Source: a virus (taxonomy: Duplodnaviria > Caudoviricetes). Taken from it: a stretch of 61,217 nucleotides of DNA. The position numbers were made by a program, and so were the translations under genes. The stretch lies in IMG/VR virus record IMGVR_UViG_3300036835_000105, positions 1 through 61,217 of that record. The stretch is one strand, 5' to 3'. Shown here piece after piece: positions 19,495 to 30,742 of this stretch. How positions within the stretch are numbered: the stretch's first letter is position 1; every line of letters starts with the position of its first letter. Under the pieces are notes generated by a model. The model worked only from the letters and a program-made list of their open reading frames with translations, did no database searches and was not told where the DNA came from.

Positions 19495-19878
19495 TCACTC
19501 GGTAGGCAGGGGCAAGGGCGGCGGCGGCGGTGGCGGCGGCATCATCATCATGGGCGCGGGAGATGTCATCTGCGCGGCCCAGCTATCCCACATGGCGCTC
19601 ACGGCATCGAGGATCGTCTGATCCGCAATCTGGGATGAGTCCGCGCCGTGCTCGTTGATCCCCGGCTGCACCACGATGTAGTTGTACATGCTGCGTCCCC
19701 AGGATGCCGGGTCGCGCATGGCCGCTTGCGCCAATGCGTAACGGTTGGCATGGTTCGGTGCGTTCGGATCTTCGTTGATGACATCGTTTGAAATGCGTAA
19801 AACGGCCATCGCCACTCGCTGTTGCAGCGACAGGTCGTTCAGCAGTTTCGATTGTGTGAGTAATGCTGTCGTTCCCAT
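19495..19878 (-). CDS. Hypothetical protein (possible tail-fibre accessory)
   Basis: Start MGTTALL with GGGAAG SD; poly-Pro tail. Confidence 0.65.
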   Translation of the reverse strand: MGTTALLTQSKLLNDLSLQQRVAMAVLRISNDVINEDPNAPNHANRYALAQAAMRDPASWGRSMYNYIVVQPGINEHGADSSQIADQTILDAVSAMWDSWAAQMTSPAPMMMMPPPPPPPPLPLPTE

Positions 19879-19901
19879 AACTTCCCTTTCACTTCCCTTT
19901 C

Positions 19902-21947
19902 TTAGATCGGCAACTCTATCGCATACACCTGAAACCAATCGCCGGAATCGGTCAGGGTCTGAGCATTAGCCGCTGTAATACTTACAGTATGTGAACCTGC
20001 CGATAACGCAACCGCATACATACGCATCGGAATGCAGTAATGATTGCTCGTTGTGTTTAAGAACATAGTAAGTGTCGTTTTTAACGAACCATCGATGTTG
20101 AAATTAAGCCCACACACACCAATTGCATTGCAAAAGCAGGATGTAGAAATCCAAAAGACCATCGTGCCGCCATGCGACGTGACGGACCCTGTCGCATTTG
20201 ATACCGGACCCGCTGTCTGCATAACAGGTTGCCCGTTAAACTGCGGAGATATAAACTTGCTGCTGGAAGTAACACTGCCGCTAGACCAGATATTGCAAAT
20301 AAAATCAAATATCCCGCTCTGCGAGTACAGCCCTGGATTGGTGCGTCCGGTTCCGGCGATATTGCCGGAATTAATCAACTGCATGTAGCCAGTCGAAGTT
20401 CCTGTATTTTGCTGCGTTAACCAGCCGCCGCCCGTTCCAAGATTGAAGTTGCCTGGAATGTTTACCGTACCAGTAAGATTCAGCCCATTACCGCCAGCCG
20501 ACGAGATAGTCGGGTTGTTCGACCCGTCGAAACTCAGCAGGATCTTCTGCGCGGCAGAACTGTCTTTCGACACTTGCAAGGCCGGATAGGTGGTAATCCC
20601 GCCTGAAGTCAGCAAGCCACCGATTATCGACAACGATCCAGTTACACCCGAGAAGTCCATCGTGGGCTGATTACTGCTGATCCAGAGCCGGAAAAACTTT
20701 GTCCAGCTAGGCACCGTATCCACACAAGCGAATATCGGCGCGGCCACTTGCGTCGTGGCGTTGGCGTTCGCCGCTTGCATGGTTCCCGTAACGGTTGGGG
20801 AATTTGCCAAACTGATGATGCCGCTGCCGTCTACGCTGATATTCGTTCCGACCTTCACGCCGCCCAGCACACTGGCGCTGGCAATCGGCAAAGTATATCC
20901 AGCAGCAGGCTTTGGCTCCCAGTCGCTATTTGCCTGAACCCAAGTCAGCACCTGTCCATCCGTCGGAGCCGTGGAGGTCACGCCGCGTCCCTGCAAGCCG
21001 ATCACGGTCTGCGTTGTAGCCGTGCCACTGAGATCGCCAGCAAAGGTGATGGCCGCTGGAATCGTCGGCTTGTTCAGAATCATTGCCAGCCCAGAAGATG
21101 CATTCCAATCCGCATTGACCTGCGGAGCGATTCCTGATGGCATATCGGCTTGCACCAAAGCGCGAAAGGTTGGAGCCGCTGATCCGCTGGCAGGACCGGC
21201 AAACACCTTATTAGCCGTCTGGGCGGCCCAGTTCGTCGGTGTATGCCCATTCATATTCAGGTCGCAGTTCATCGTCATCGAGTCATTGACAATGATATTG
21301 GTGTTCAAGTTTAGGTTGAAGTTAGGGGCACCAGCGCCCAGCGACGAGATATTGGTAATCCCATGGCCCTGCCAGTTCGCGTCCTGATCAACCTTCAGTA
21401 CCCCGACTACCTCCGTATCCGTATGTAGGGTAGTAACACCCCATACATCCAGCGCATTGCTGACATACACGCCCTGATAGGCAAAGTAGAACGTGTAACC
21501 TAACTTATCCGGCAATATCCCCGGCGATCCGCTTCCCAACCCGGTACCCGGTATATTGCACATCAAACTGATGCGCTGGTTCGCGGTCGGATCAATCAAC
21601 GCAATACCGGCATTACTTCCTGCCCCAGGCGACCCCGCCTCGTTGACCTCGATGTAACAGTTCTTGAACACCACCTTGTCGTTCTGCGACGTGCTTATAT
21701 TCGGACTCGCGCCCAGGAAGTCTACCTGGATGTACTGGGTTGCGGCGTTGTTATAGACCTGTAGCTGCGGCGCAATGGTCCCGCCATTTCCCGACACGCT
21801 CCCATCTACTAGGTTCGCGTTCGCGTCATACACCGTCAGATGGTTCGTGCTCGTCGTGCCGCTGCCGAACATCTGGAACTTCGTGCCCGTGCCTTGGCGG
21901 TCGTTCCCCTGTATCTGGGAGTAGTCGATATTGCCGCGCTGCGCCAT
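19902..21947 (-). CDS. Tail fibre / receptor-binding protein
   Basis: G/S/T/N-rich; YTLPIASASVLGGVKVG fibre repeat; module shared with 23999-25498. Confidence 0.8.
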   Translation of the reverse strand: MAQRGNIDYSQIQGNDRQGTGTKFQMFGSGTTSTNHLTVYDANANLVDGSVSGNGGTIAPQLQVYNNAATQYIQVDFLGASPNISTSQNDKVVFKNCYIEVNEAGSPGAGSNAGIALIDPTANQRISLMCNIPGTGLGSGSPGILPDKLGYTFYFAYQGVYVSNALDVWGVTTLHTDTEVVGVLKVDQDANWQGHGITNISSLGAGAPNFNLNLNTNIIVNDSMTMNCDLNMNGHTPTNWAAQTANKVFAGPASGSAAPTFRALVQADMPSGIAPQVNADWNASSGLAMILNKPTIPAAITFAGDLSGTATTQTVIGLQGRGVTSTAPTDGQVLTWVQANSDWEPKPAAGYTLPIASASVLGGVKVGTNISVDGSGIISLANSPTVTGTMQAANANATTQVAAPIFACVDTVPSWTKFFRLWISSNQPTMDFSGVTGSLSIIGGLLTSGGITTYPALQVSKDSSAAQKILLSFDGSNNPTISSAGGNGLNLTGTVNIPGNFNLGTGGGWLTQQNTGTSTGYMQLINSGNIAGTGRTNPGLYSQSGIFDFICNIWSSGSVTSSSKFISPQFNGQPVMQTAGPVSNATGSVTSHGGTMVFWISTSCFCNAIGVCGLNFNIDGSLKTTLTMFLNTTSNHYCIPMRMYAVALSAGSHTVSITAANAQTLTDSGDWFQVYAIELPI

Positions 21948-21948
21948 G

Positions 21949-23094
21949 TTATGCCGTGTATCCGTAGTTCGCTGATCCGCCGCCGCCAGTCACAACAGCT
22001 GGAGATGGGGCTTTGACGGGCTGGTGTTTCGCGCTACGTCCCGCATCCGACATGGGTGTCGGCAGATTGGGCGCGGTGAAGAACGGCCCCCAGGGGTTGC
22101 TGGGACTGGAGGTCGTCAACGACGTTGAGTAGAAGGTTGAAGGAGAGTTACCGTTGTTGTACTCGGTAGTAATCCAGCTTGCCGAACGAAGGCTAGTCGA
22201 TACGCGCACCTCGTCAACCACCCCGTTGAAGTTCTCACCCGAGTTAGACGAGTACCCGATATACATGTTAGGAGCCGTAAACGTCTGTAAGCTAGTCGCA
22301 CCTCCCGCCGCCGCACCGTTGATGTAGAACGCTGCTACCCCGGAGGAGTCATAGGTCAGGACTGCAAGCATCCAGGTGTTTGCGCTCCAGGTGCCCGTTG
22401 AGGTCGCAATATTAGCAATCTGCTGTTTAATAAGCTGAAGTTGAAGAAGCGCTCCATTCCAGCGGAACTGCACAGTCTGGTTTGAAGCTCCAGCGAAGAT
22501 GGACATGGAACTGCCGCTAACGACCGGATTGATCCAGGCGCTTATGGTGAAGTTGGTCGAAAGCCCCATCGGCGGCAAATAGATAGCTTGCGAGGTGTTG
22601 AAAGAACCCGCCCTTCCGAACTTCCCTAGCGCAATCGAAGGAAGAGAGACTCCGTTATTACCGGCAATCCCACTGTTGGCATTTGCAGTAGAATCCGTAA
22701 CGCTCATTCCGTAGGTGGCGGCAACATGCCAGACGCCTTTGAAGTTGCTATCCCAGACCGCCGCTGGCGTGGCCTGTTCGGTAGTTACCGCCGCGTTGCC
22801 GAATAGGATGTAGAAGGTAGTATCAGTACTTGATGAAAGAGACGGTATCTTGATGCAGAACTCACACGCTCCGGTCTGTCTGATCCACTGCACACGTTCA
22901 AAGGACAACGGCGATGCGCCAGCCGAGTCGGAAGCGAAGATAATGTCGAAGCCGGAACTGCTGGTGACCGCGCCTCCGAACGCTGTCCAGGCCAGTTGGG
23001 GGTAGATGCCAGTGAACAACACCGGGAAATTCGTTTGTGTGGACGGAACCTTGGTGTGATCGACTGTAATCGCAACCGAGTTAGCCCAGGCCAT
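21949..23094 (-). CDS. DUF2341 + LamG/concanavalin-A-like lectin tail protein
   Basis: TNFPVL...DIIF...VWDSNFKGVWH; FTISAWI...FYING...FNGVVDEVRVS. Confidence 0.85.
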   Translation of the reverse strand: MAWANSVAITVDHTKVPSTQTNFPVLFTGIYPQLAWTAFGGAVTSSSGFDIIFASDSAGASPLSFERVQWIRQTGACEFCIKIPSLSSSTDTTFYILFGNAAVTTEQATPAAVWDSNFKGVWHVAATYGMSVTDSTANANSGIAGNNGVSLPSIALGKFGRAGSFNTSQAIYLPPMGLSTNFTISAWINPVVSGSSMSIFAGASNQTVQFRWNGALLQLQLIKQQIANIATSTGTWSANTWMLAVLTYDSSGVAAFYINGAAAGGATSLQTFTAPNMYIGYSSNSGENFNGVVDEVRVSTSLRSASWITTEYNNGNSPSTFYSTSLTTSSPSNPWGPFFTAPNLPTPMSDAGRSAKHQPVKAPSPAVVTGGGGSANYGYTA

Positions 23095-23993
23095 CAGTCG
23101 TACCTCATGCACAGCATCCCAAGGTTTTGACTATTGGTAGGATTGCCGACCGCCATAAAGAAGCCGTTTTTGGATGGCAGATACGTTCTAACGGCACCGT
23201 AAACGGTAGTCTGAAAAGTCACTCCTTCCGTAACATCCGGTATCGAGATGGAACCGGCAACCGTACAGGGGTAATCGAAGTAGCCGATGCACGGGGCACA
23301 CAGATCAAATGGAATCGAGTTGTTGAACGCGAGTTGTGCACCGTTGAAGTTAGGTACACGGACATTCCACCCGTATGAAGAGTTCACACGAGCTGCGGTG
23401 TTGGGTGGCACAGAACCGACACCAAAGAGCAATGTCTGCTGCCAAGGGCCTTGTACAGAGTTCACGCCATTGCCAACAAGCCACATCGTCGCGTAACTGG
23501 CGGTCGGGTTTCCGGAAGCATCTAATGAGCGTTCGATGGCGAAGAACTGCTGGCAATTGTTCGGTCCGTTTCGCCACAGCATAATGCCAATCCTGTTGTT
23601 GGCTCCGCTGAAATTACATTCGTACTGCGTCGTTCCCGGTGCTGTATAAGCGGTTTGGACGCAGCCTATTGGACCGCAATTGAACCCAGTGATGACGCCT
23701 GCGCCGTTCGTGCTAGTTGCCAATGAAATACGGACATTCGGGCAGTTGGCGTTGGTTATATTGCCATACTCAACCTTGACGTAGAAGACAGCTAAAGCAT
23801 CGCCCGGTTTCCAAACTTCGTAGACGTAAGCGTTCGCGCCGGGAACGGCCACAATGGAAGTCCAGTCTACTTGGCCGGTATCGGCGGCTTTGACCCAACC
23901 GGCGGTAGCGAAGAAGTCCGATATAGCTTTAGCCCACTGCTTGAAGTTAGCCAGGGTCGAAGAATCGCAGACAAGCTGTTGCTGAGAGGTCAT
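23094..23993 (-). CDS. Tail-associated structural protein
   Basis: 299 aa, beta-rich, TGATG-coupled to next gene. Confidence 0.7.
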   Translation of the reverse strand: MTSQQQLVCDSSTLANFKQWAKAISDFFATAGWVKAADTGQVDWTSIVAVPGANAYVYEVWKPGDALAVFYVKVEYGNITNANCPNVRISLATSTNGAGVITGFNCGPIGCVQTAYTAPGTTQYECNFSGANNRIGIMLWRNGPNNCQQFFAIERSLDASGNPTASYATMWLVGNGVNSVQGPWQQTLLFGVGSVPPNTAARVNSSYGWNVRVPNFNGAQLAFNNSIPFDLCAPCIGYFDYPCTVAGSISIPDVTEGVTFQTTVYGAVRTYLPSKNGFFMAVGNPTNSQNLGMLCMRYD

Positions 23994-23998
23994 TTTAG

Positions 23999-25498
23999 TT
24001 ACTCCAGTTGCGCGGTGAACTGCCACGTCGCGGTACCGGATGTGATGTCAATCGAGAACACGTCCGACGCCGCGACGGTCGCACTGAGCGCGACAGTGGA
24101 TACCGTGCCGCTGGCCGTACCCGCCGCCACGGTAGGACTCGTAATCGACGTGCCGTTCTGCCTGATCGCAAACGTCAACGCCGTTGCGCCATCCGACGCC
24201 TTGGTAGTCACGACGCACTTGCTCAGTGTTCCCGCATGTGGAGCCGCCAGCATCGGCCCGACGTTTGTCCCCGTCGCTCCGTTCCCGATCACAAAGCCGA
24301 TCACCAGCGGGACCGAAGCAGCCGGGGCCGCACCATACCATGCGTTGTGCCAGTCACCGGCAACTGGGGCGTTGATGTAAGTGATGGTCGATCCGCTCAA
24401 CGTATAGTCGGTTCCCGGTAGCTGCTCCACGCCATTCAGGAAAAGCAGCAAGGATGAGGCCGGACTCGGCGCTGCGCTCAGCGTGAAGGTAGTGTTCGTT
24501 CCATTGATGGTTCCGGTGGGAACTTCTTGGGTAACAGCCGTGCCGCCACCGCTTCCTCCGGGTTTGGGTTCCCAGTCGTTATTCGCGGCTACCCAGGTCA
24601 ACACCTGACCGTCTGTCGGCGTGGCGGTAGAGACCGTCTTACCCCGCAATCCAATCACGGTCTGGCTGGTGCTCGTACCGGACAAGTCCCCGGCAAACGT
24701 CACCGCTCCGGGAATGGTCGGCTTGTTCAGGATCATCGCGACCCCGCTCACCGCGTTCCAGTCCGAGTTCACTTGCGCCGCCGGAATCACAGGCTTATTC
24801 AAGATCTGAGCCACGCCGCTCACGGCATTCCAGTCGCTATTGACCTGTGGGCCAATCCCGGCTGGCATATCACCTTGCACCAGCGCCCGAAACACCGGCA
24901 CCCCACTCCCCGACACCGGCCCCGCCCAGACCTGATTCGCGCTCTGGCTGGCCTTAGCCAACGTCAACGTCCCCGCTGTCGTAACCGGCGAACCCGTCAC
25001 CACGAACTCAGTTGGTGCCGCCAGCCCGACGCTCGTAACCGTCCCGCTTCCGCCGCCACTTCCTCCCGTGGGCGGCATCGGCTCCCACTTGCCATCACCT
25101 GCAACCCAGGTCAGCACATACGTGTCTGCCGGGGCCGTTGGCGCAACCGGGCGGCCTTGTATCCCAACCACGGTCTGGTCAACATTCGTGCCGCTCAGAT
25201 CCCCGCTGAATGTGATATCCGACGCCTGCGGCTGTGCTGCCTCTCCCGGCAGGTTCATAATGCTCAACGGATGGCTGCCCGTCGCCTGCAAGTGATCGCG
25301 CATATGGCCCGCCATCACGAATAGATCCGCCGTCGAGAAGCTGACCTTCTCGGCAATCTGCTCGCCCTGCGCCTGTGTCGTCGTGTGCAGCCGCGACACA
25401 TGATCCTCGACCCTGCGAATAGCCCGTTGGATCTGAATCGGAATGGACGCATCGGTCGTCACTGACAACCCGTTGCCATTCACCGGATGCCTAGCCAT
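23999..25498 (-). CDS. Tail fibre protein with internal repeats
   Basis: GTVTSVGLAAP, duplicated QVNSDWNAVSG and GDLSGT...VLTW modules. Confidence 0.8.
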   Translation of the reverse strand: MARHPVNGNGLSVTTDASIPIQIQRAIRRVEDHVSRLHTTTQAQGEQIAEKVSFSTADLFVMAGHMRDHLQATGSHPLSIMNLPGEAAQPQASDITFSGDLSGTNVDQTVVGIQGRPVAPTAPADTYVLTWVAGDGKWEPMPPTGGSGGGSGTVTSVGLAAPTEFVVTGSPVTTAGTLTLAKASQSANQVWAGPVSGSGVPVFRALVQGDMPAGIGPQVNSDWNAVSGVAQILNKPVIPAAQVNSDWNAVSGVAMILNKPTIPGAVTFAGDLSGTSTSQTVIGLRGKTVSTATPTDGQVLTWVAANNDWEPKPGGSGGGTAVTQEVPTGTINGTNTTFTLSAAPSPASSLLLFLNGVEQLPGTDYTLSGSTITYINAPVAGDWHNAWYGAAPAASVPLVIGFVIGNGATGTNVGPMLAAPHAGTLSKCVVTTKASDGATALTFAIRQNGTSITSPTVAAGTASGTVSTVALSATVAASDVFSIDITSGTATWQFTAQLE

Positions 25499-27138
25499 TA
25501 CATCCTCGCGCCAGTTGAGGTCCGGTTCTCGTCGCCGTAGGCCCTTACAATCTCGTACTGCTTCCCGCCCCAGGACTTGACCCGGAACTCGCAATCCCTC
25601 CGATAGATCTGCAAGGCTGTCCCGGTCCCGTACAAGCTCCATAGCTTCCCCTTGACCGGGGGCGCAACGAAATACTTCTTCACCGGATTCCCACCCGTAC
25701 CCGGCAGATTCGATATCAGCGGGTACTGCTGCCCATCGACCGTCAGGGTCAACACTCCACCGGCTGCCGTCGAGGCATACGCCAGTTGAAAGTCCCTGAT
25801 ATGCAGGAATCCCGGCATATCCCAACTGGTCGGCTGCGTCACCCAGTACCCGGTGGGTTCCGGCTCCTCGTCATAATCCCACTGGACCCCATTCAAGATC
25901 CAGTCCCCACTCCCTCCTATCGGCACCAGCCGCATCAGGTGCGCCTTGAATGGCGGAAAGCTCACCGGGATGACCGTCTCCTCCCCGTGGCTATTCACCG
26001 TCACTATCGGCCCCTTAATGCCGCCCTCATACTCAACCTGCAACTGAACGTCGTGGCCCATCGTGTCGGCCATGATCCTGGCCCCATGCACGAACTTGTA
26101 GTGCATGGTTCCCGCATCCTGCCAATCCGTTGGCCTTCCCGGCGCTCCTCCCGCCGTCCCGGTTGAACTGGTCTCGGGCTGTAAGATAGCCGCCGGTTGC
26201 CACTCATACAGCGTCACCCCAGCCGCCGAAGGGAACGCCGCCAGCAAGCCGATATTGCGGTGCCACCCATCGACATCCGTCGCGAGATCGTACTGCCATC
26301 TTGTATGCGTTAATAGCGGCCTCTGCACCGGGTCATTCAACAGGAAGTTCTCGTAATACACCGTCACCGCAACCGGCGAATCATAGGGACTCGGATCGCT
26401 GGGCGTTCCCGATATCACGCCCGTCGTGGTATTGAAGCTCAGCCCCGGCGGCAGCGTTCCAGTCAGGCTGAAGGTATAGGGCGGCGTCCCGCCTGAAGCC
26501 GGTATGGTGTGACTATACGGCGTTCCCGGCGTGGCGGCTGGCGGGCTGCCGCAGTTAATGACCAGCGGCGGTGCCGGGGGATAGTATGGCTGGAACCCGG
26601 AAGCGACGATGGAATTGACGTTGTAATCAGCCAGTGAGCGAAAGGCGATACGGTCAATTACCGCATACGTGTTGGGGTCTCCGTCATTCACATTCCCGAC
26701 GTTGCTGACGGAGCCAAGCCCTGCATTGTCGCCGTAGCTCGCAACCGAAGTGGGCCTGAATGTCCAGGTTGAGCTATCCGCGAAGGTCGCTTCGATCCAG
26801 CAGTCGTACACCCATAGCTGGCAAGGGCCGGTGATGCCGCCGAAGACTCCGCCCATGTCCATGTTCAGCGTGTCGAAGTCGCGGAACCAGAGTTCCATCG
26901 CCGCAATCTGAGCGTTGGTGAACGGTGCGCTGACCGGGCCGCTGCTGTTCTGAAGCTGGTCGGTCCTCTTCGTCCAGGCCGATACGTCATAGATGATCGG
27001 GTTCCACCCGCCACCTACTGCGGTGCTCCCTACCGTGACTTCACCGTGGCCGCCGCCGTTGATGATATGAGCTGTGACAATCTTGATGACGGTCTGGGTG
27101 GGATCTGTAATGGGTGGCGGCATATCATCCTTCGGCAA
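25498..27138 (-). CDS. Tail protein with partial He_PIG Ig-like domain
   Basis: [42 protein letters not shown]. Confidence 0.8.
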   Translation of the reverse strand: MPKDDMPPPITDPTQTVIKIVTAHIINGGGHGEVTVGSTAVGGGWNPIIYDVSAWTKRTDQLQNSSGPVSAPFTNAQIAAMELWFRDFDTLNMDMGGVFGGITGPCQLWVYDCWIEATFADSSTWTFRPTSVASYGDNAGLGSVSNVGNVNDGDPNTYAVIDRIAFRSLADYNVNSIVASGFQPYYPPAPPLVINCGSPPAATPGTPYSHTIPASGGTPPYTFSLTGTLPPGLSFNTTTGVISGTPSDPSPYDSPVAVTVYYENFLLNDPVQRPLLTHTRWQYDLATDVDGWHRNIGLLAAFPSAAGVTLYEWQPAAILQPETSSTGTAGGAPGRPTDWQDAGTMHYKFVHGARIMADTMGHDVQLQVEYEGGIKGPIVTVNSHGEETVIPVSFPPFKAHLMRLVPIGGSGDWILNGVQWDYDEEPEPTGYWVTQPTSWDMPGFLHIRDFQLAYASTAAGGVLTLTVDGQQYPLISNLPGTGGNPVKKYFVAPPVKGKLWSLYGTGTALQIYRRDCEFRVKSWGGKQYEIVRAYGDENRTSTGARM

Positions 27139-30100
27139 TCGTGCAGGTCACGTTGCTATGAACTCCTGCCGAATCCGTTACCGTAACCGTAAAGGTGTAG
27201 CTGGCCGGGTTTCTGACGCCGATATCCATCATCAGATCCCCGTACTCTTTGGTCGCTCTGGAATCGCCCTGGTCATCCGCCGGGGTCACAATCGAACACT
27301 GGAAAATCTGTCCGTCATCCGTCAGCGCCGGGTCCAGCGCATACAACACGCCATTCGTCCCGCCAGCCAGGGTCAGCGGATCAGACGCCCCTTGCTCCTG
27401 GTAATGGCAAGCCACCCCCGGCAGATACTTATACGGGCACCAGCCCTTGGTATCGACCGCCCAGGTCAGCGTACTCCACGCTCCGGTAATATCCATGTAG
27501 TCATAAAACAACATCCCGTCCGCGTAGCTCATCCGCTGCCGCTGCGGCTTCGAGTCATCCGGCGGATAGAGCACCTGCCCCGCGACCGACACCGGCAGTC
27601 CCGGTCTACTCTCGAACGGCAACAGCGGGAACAAATCATCCCTGGTGATGTTGATCGACCCGCCGGACTGGAACAGATACACCCCATCCGGCCCCCGATA
27701 GAAAATCGCCGGTCCTTCCCCTGAGATCGACCAATCCATGATCTGGCCCGCCACCGTGCCCAGCTTAAAAGCGGTGTACGGGTTGACCTGACCCGGTGTA
27801 GACTCTACACGGTACCCGGCTAAGTTACTGAAAACATAGACAGCACCCTCGTAAAACACCGGGGGTCCAAGCGGCTCACTCGGCCCCGTGACCTCGATGT
27901 AGCCCTGGTCTGAGGCTGAGTCCGGTTCATAGGGCTGGCTGAAGTACAAGTTCCCCGGATTGAACGGATCGCCGGTCGCGAAGATCCTGCCGTCCATACC
28001 CTGGCAAGCATGTGCTAGGGGGTACCCGGCAATGGTGGCTTCCGGTATCTTGAACAGCACGTTGGAGAAGCTGCCGACGTTCTCGGCCAGCTCCAGATCG
28101 CTGGTCGTATACGGACTCGCGTACAGCGTATAGGTCTGCCGATTGACGATCACCTCCACGCCGCGTACCCACGACAGGTTGAACAGGTCGCCGGTCAACT
28201 GATGCACGCGGTTGCCGATGATGTTGCACGTTCCCGACCGTGGCTGATCGGTGACCGGCCAGGGCTGGTAATGTAACAGCTCCAGCGGGTCGCCTCCCAG
28301 CGCCACGGTTTCGCGCACATCGTCCAGCACCTGGGCCGTCGCATTCGGCACCACCAGACATCGATGCCACGTATCGAACGTCCCGCCGTTGCGCTCCACA
28401 TCGATCAGGTCTACCTGCGGATCGCTGGACGCCGCCACGCTCACCAGCACCCCCGACCTCATCGCCAGTATGCCGTTGCGCGTAGCCGGTGAGACTTCGC
28501 TGAACGTCCCGGTCAGGCTGGAGCGATAGCGGTACCGATACAGAATCGGCTGACCCTGGTTGCCGTAGCTGTTGTAATTGCAGTCCGGCCCATACGTCCC
28601 GCCGATCCACCAGCCGCCGATAGAGATGGTCGCGTTACCCGTCAGCTCTACTAACACTGCCGCGCCGCGAATGTTGCTTAAGTTGGTCGAAATATCGCTC
28701 CCTACCCTGGTCAGATCGCTGACTTTGAAGATGGCCTCAAACCATTGGCCCATCCCGGCCCCAAGCTGATCGCTCACGGGTATGCCGAATTCCGGTTGCT
28801 GATAGGCCGGATAGGGATTCTGCGCGTATTGGATCTTGTCCTTCTCGACCGGGTAGGTCGAGGCGATCTGCGCGGTCAACGCATCCAGTAGCCCGCCGAT
28901 GGAGGTCTGGGTACCCTGCGCGACCGACTGGAAGTCGTTCTGCCGGACGACGTAGTAGAAGTAATTGTGCTGGAAGTCGTTGTTGCCCTGGGCGTCGATA
29001 TCCAATAAGAAATGCACCTCAGCCACATTCGCCGGGTTATCGATGGCAATGGAGACGTGTACATAATCCTCGTCCGTAATCGGTCTGCCATTGACGCCCA
29101 TGCCGTTAACCGGCCCCAGCGCGTTGTTATAGATCATGCCGGTGCCCGCCGCCGTACCGCTGAGCGTCATGACCGACTGGAATGCCTTCGCGCCAATGGC
29201 CACACCAGCCGCGTGATTCTGCGCTAGGTAGCAGCGGAAAGAGATCGGGAAGCGCAAGCTCAAGCCCGCTGTGATGCCACCCGGCACCACGTTGTCCAGC
29301 ACCCGGAAGCTGAGGGTGTTCTCGGGTCCGGTCGTCACCGACAGCACACGATGCGCGTACCCATTGATCAGGACCGTCGCATCTCGCCTCACACTCGGCG
29401 GCGGCGTGCCGGGGACGATAGTCGCAACGGAGCTGTCATCCTTGAAGACCGCCCCTACCGTTGTATTCGACAGGAACGGGAAGACATCCGTGATGGTGGT
29501 CAGCTCGTTGTCGATCACCACCCGCATCCCGATGCCCCAGCCGGTATACTCCGCGCCCGCCGAGGCTGCCTTGGGGGTCACGCAGGCCCAGCCGGTCGTG
29601 CCTGAGTCGTACACGATAGCGGATGCCACCTCGGCTGGCGTCACGCGGTCCACAATCGTCGGCGTGGCCGCCGCGCCTGACGCCGCCCAGGTTCCACTCG
29701 CGCCGGGTGCGGTGTTTAACTGAATGTCGTACACCGAGTGCGACATGTCGTCGTGGCTATCCAGAAACACCATCACCTGAATCTGGGAGCAATCCTGGCT
29801 GGTCGAAAGGGGGACCGAATCCCACTGCAAGGCCCGTGTCGGCGCGTTGTAGAGCATCGTCCAGGTCGTGCCGTTGTTGAGCGTATACCACACGCCTGAG
29901 GACCGTAACTGCCCTGAACCGCTGGTGGGCACCGACGAGTACACGTTCAGGTACAGCGAGGGCGGTGTGGCAATACCCGCAAACTGATAGATGCACCCCG
30001 CATACTTGTGCGTATGCGCGAAGGTACACGTCGCCGACGTAGCCGGATCGCCGTCCACCGCATTGCCGGGGTTGGTGTACGAGTACGTGGTGTCGTCGTT

Positions 30101-30742
30101 CAGGCCCCAATTCAGGCCCTGATCAACGCCCATCTCATATGGCCCCTCATGCGCGTTATTGCCCCAGCCGTTCAGGCTCACCGTGGGCCGCCCCAGCACC
30201 GTGCCCCCGCCCGAGGCTACGTCGAGGATCGACTGCACGTTGGGCTGCGTCAGGGTGGTACCCGGCGGCTTGATGGGCGGCGCGACTCCAATGTTCTGCC
30301 TCGTCCCATCCACCCGGAACTTCGACTGGCGGATGCTGTCATACACATACAGCCATGCTTCCGGCGACATGGGTGGCCGGTACGGCACCATCGACATCGG
30401 GTTGCCCGAATAGCCCGAATCGACCGACGCCAGTGTGCCGCTCTGGCCCCGGTACACCGATCCGGCTGATCCCGCGAAGCGGGTCCAGGTCAGCGGCACG
30501 CCTGGGATGTCGTTGTTGACCCGCGCCAGACTGTGGATGGGGTAGCCGCTGCCGGTGTCCCCAATCTTCACCAACCCGGCTCTTGAGGTAACCCCGCCCT
30601 GCACCTGATTGGGCGACAGGTTCATCATGTACGGAGTCTTGCCCTGCGGCATCAGATCCGGCGGATGCTTCAAGTCAATGCCCAGATACAGGAACTTCCC
30701 CCGCCCTGGTGCGCGTTGATACTCTTGTTGAACCTCAGGCAT
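27125..30742 (-). CDS. Large tail (nozzle/stabilisation-like) protein
   Basis: 1205 aa beta-rich; LYFSQPYEP-type propeller motif; follows adaptor genes. Confidence 0.75.
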   Translation of the reverse strand: MPEVQQEYQRAPGRGKFLYLGIDLKHPPDLMPQGKTPYMMNLSPNQVQGGVTSRAGLVKIGDTGSGYPIHSLARVNNDIPGVPLTWTRFAGSAGSVYRGQSGTLASVDSGYSGNPMSMVPYRPPMSPEAWLYVYDSIRQSKFRVDGTRQNIGVAPPIKPPGTTLTQPNVQSILDVASGGGTVLGRPTVSLNGWGNNAHEGPYEMGVDQGLNWGLNDDTTYSYTNPGNAVDGDPATSATCTFAHTHKYAGCIYQFAGIATPPSLYLNVYSSVPTSGSGQLRSSGVWYTLNNGTTWTMLYNAPTRALQWDSVPLSTSQDCSQIQVMVFLDSHDDMSHSVYDIQLNTAPGASGTWAASGAAATPTIVDRVTPAEVASAIVYDSGTTGWACVTPKAASAGAEYTGWGIGMRVVIDNELTTITDVFPFLSNTTVGAVFKDDSSVATIVPGTPPPSVRRDATVLINGYAHRVLSVTTGPENTLSFRVLDNVVPGGITAGLSLRFPISFRCYLAQNHAAGVAIGAKAFQSVMTLSGTAAGTGMIYNNALGPVNGMGVNGRPITDEDYVHVSIAIDNPANVAEVHFLLDIDAQGNNDFQHNYFYYVVRQNDFQSVAQGTQTSIGGLLDALTAQIASTYPVEKDKIQYAQNPYPAYQQPEFGIPVSDQLGAGMGQWFEAIFKVSDLTRVGSDISTNLSNIRGAAVLVELTGNATISIGGWWIGGTYGPDCNYNSYGNQGQPILYRYRYRSSLTGTFSEVSPATRNGILAMRSGVLVSVAASSDPQVDLIDVERNGGTFDTWHRCLVVPNATAQVLDDVRETVALGGDPLELLHYQPWPVTDQPRSGTCNIIGNRVHQLTGDLFNLSWVRGVEVIVNRQTYTLYASPYTTSDLELAENVGSFSNVLFKIPEATIAGYPLAHACQGMDGRIFATGDPFNPGNLYFSQPYEPDSASDQGYIEVTGPSEPLGPPVFYEGAVYVFSNLAGYRVESTPGQVNPYTAFKLGTVAGQIMDWSISGEGPAIFYRGPDGVYLFQSGGSINITRDDLFPLLPFESRPGLPVSVAGQVLYPPDDSKPQRQRMSYADGMLFYDYMDITGAWSTLTWAVDTKGWCPYKYLPGVACHYQEQGASDPLTLAGGTNGVLYALDPALTDDGQIFQCSIVTPADDQGDSRATKEYGDLMMDIGVRNPASYTFTVTVTDSAGVHSNVTCTIAEG

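Noticed and set aside
19902-25498. Diversity-generating retroelement or invertible tail-fibre cassette
   Set aside because: No reverse transcriptase; repeats differ at many non-adenine positions, are in direct orientation, and have no adjacent invertase
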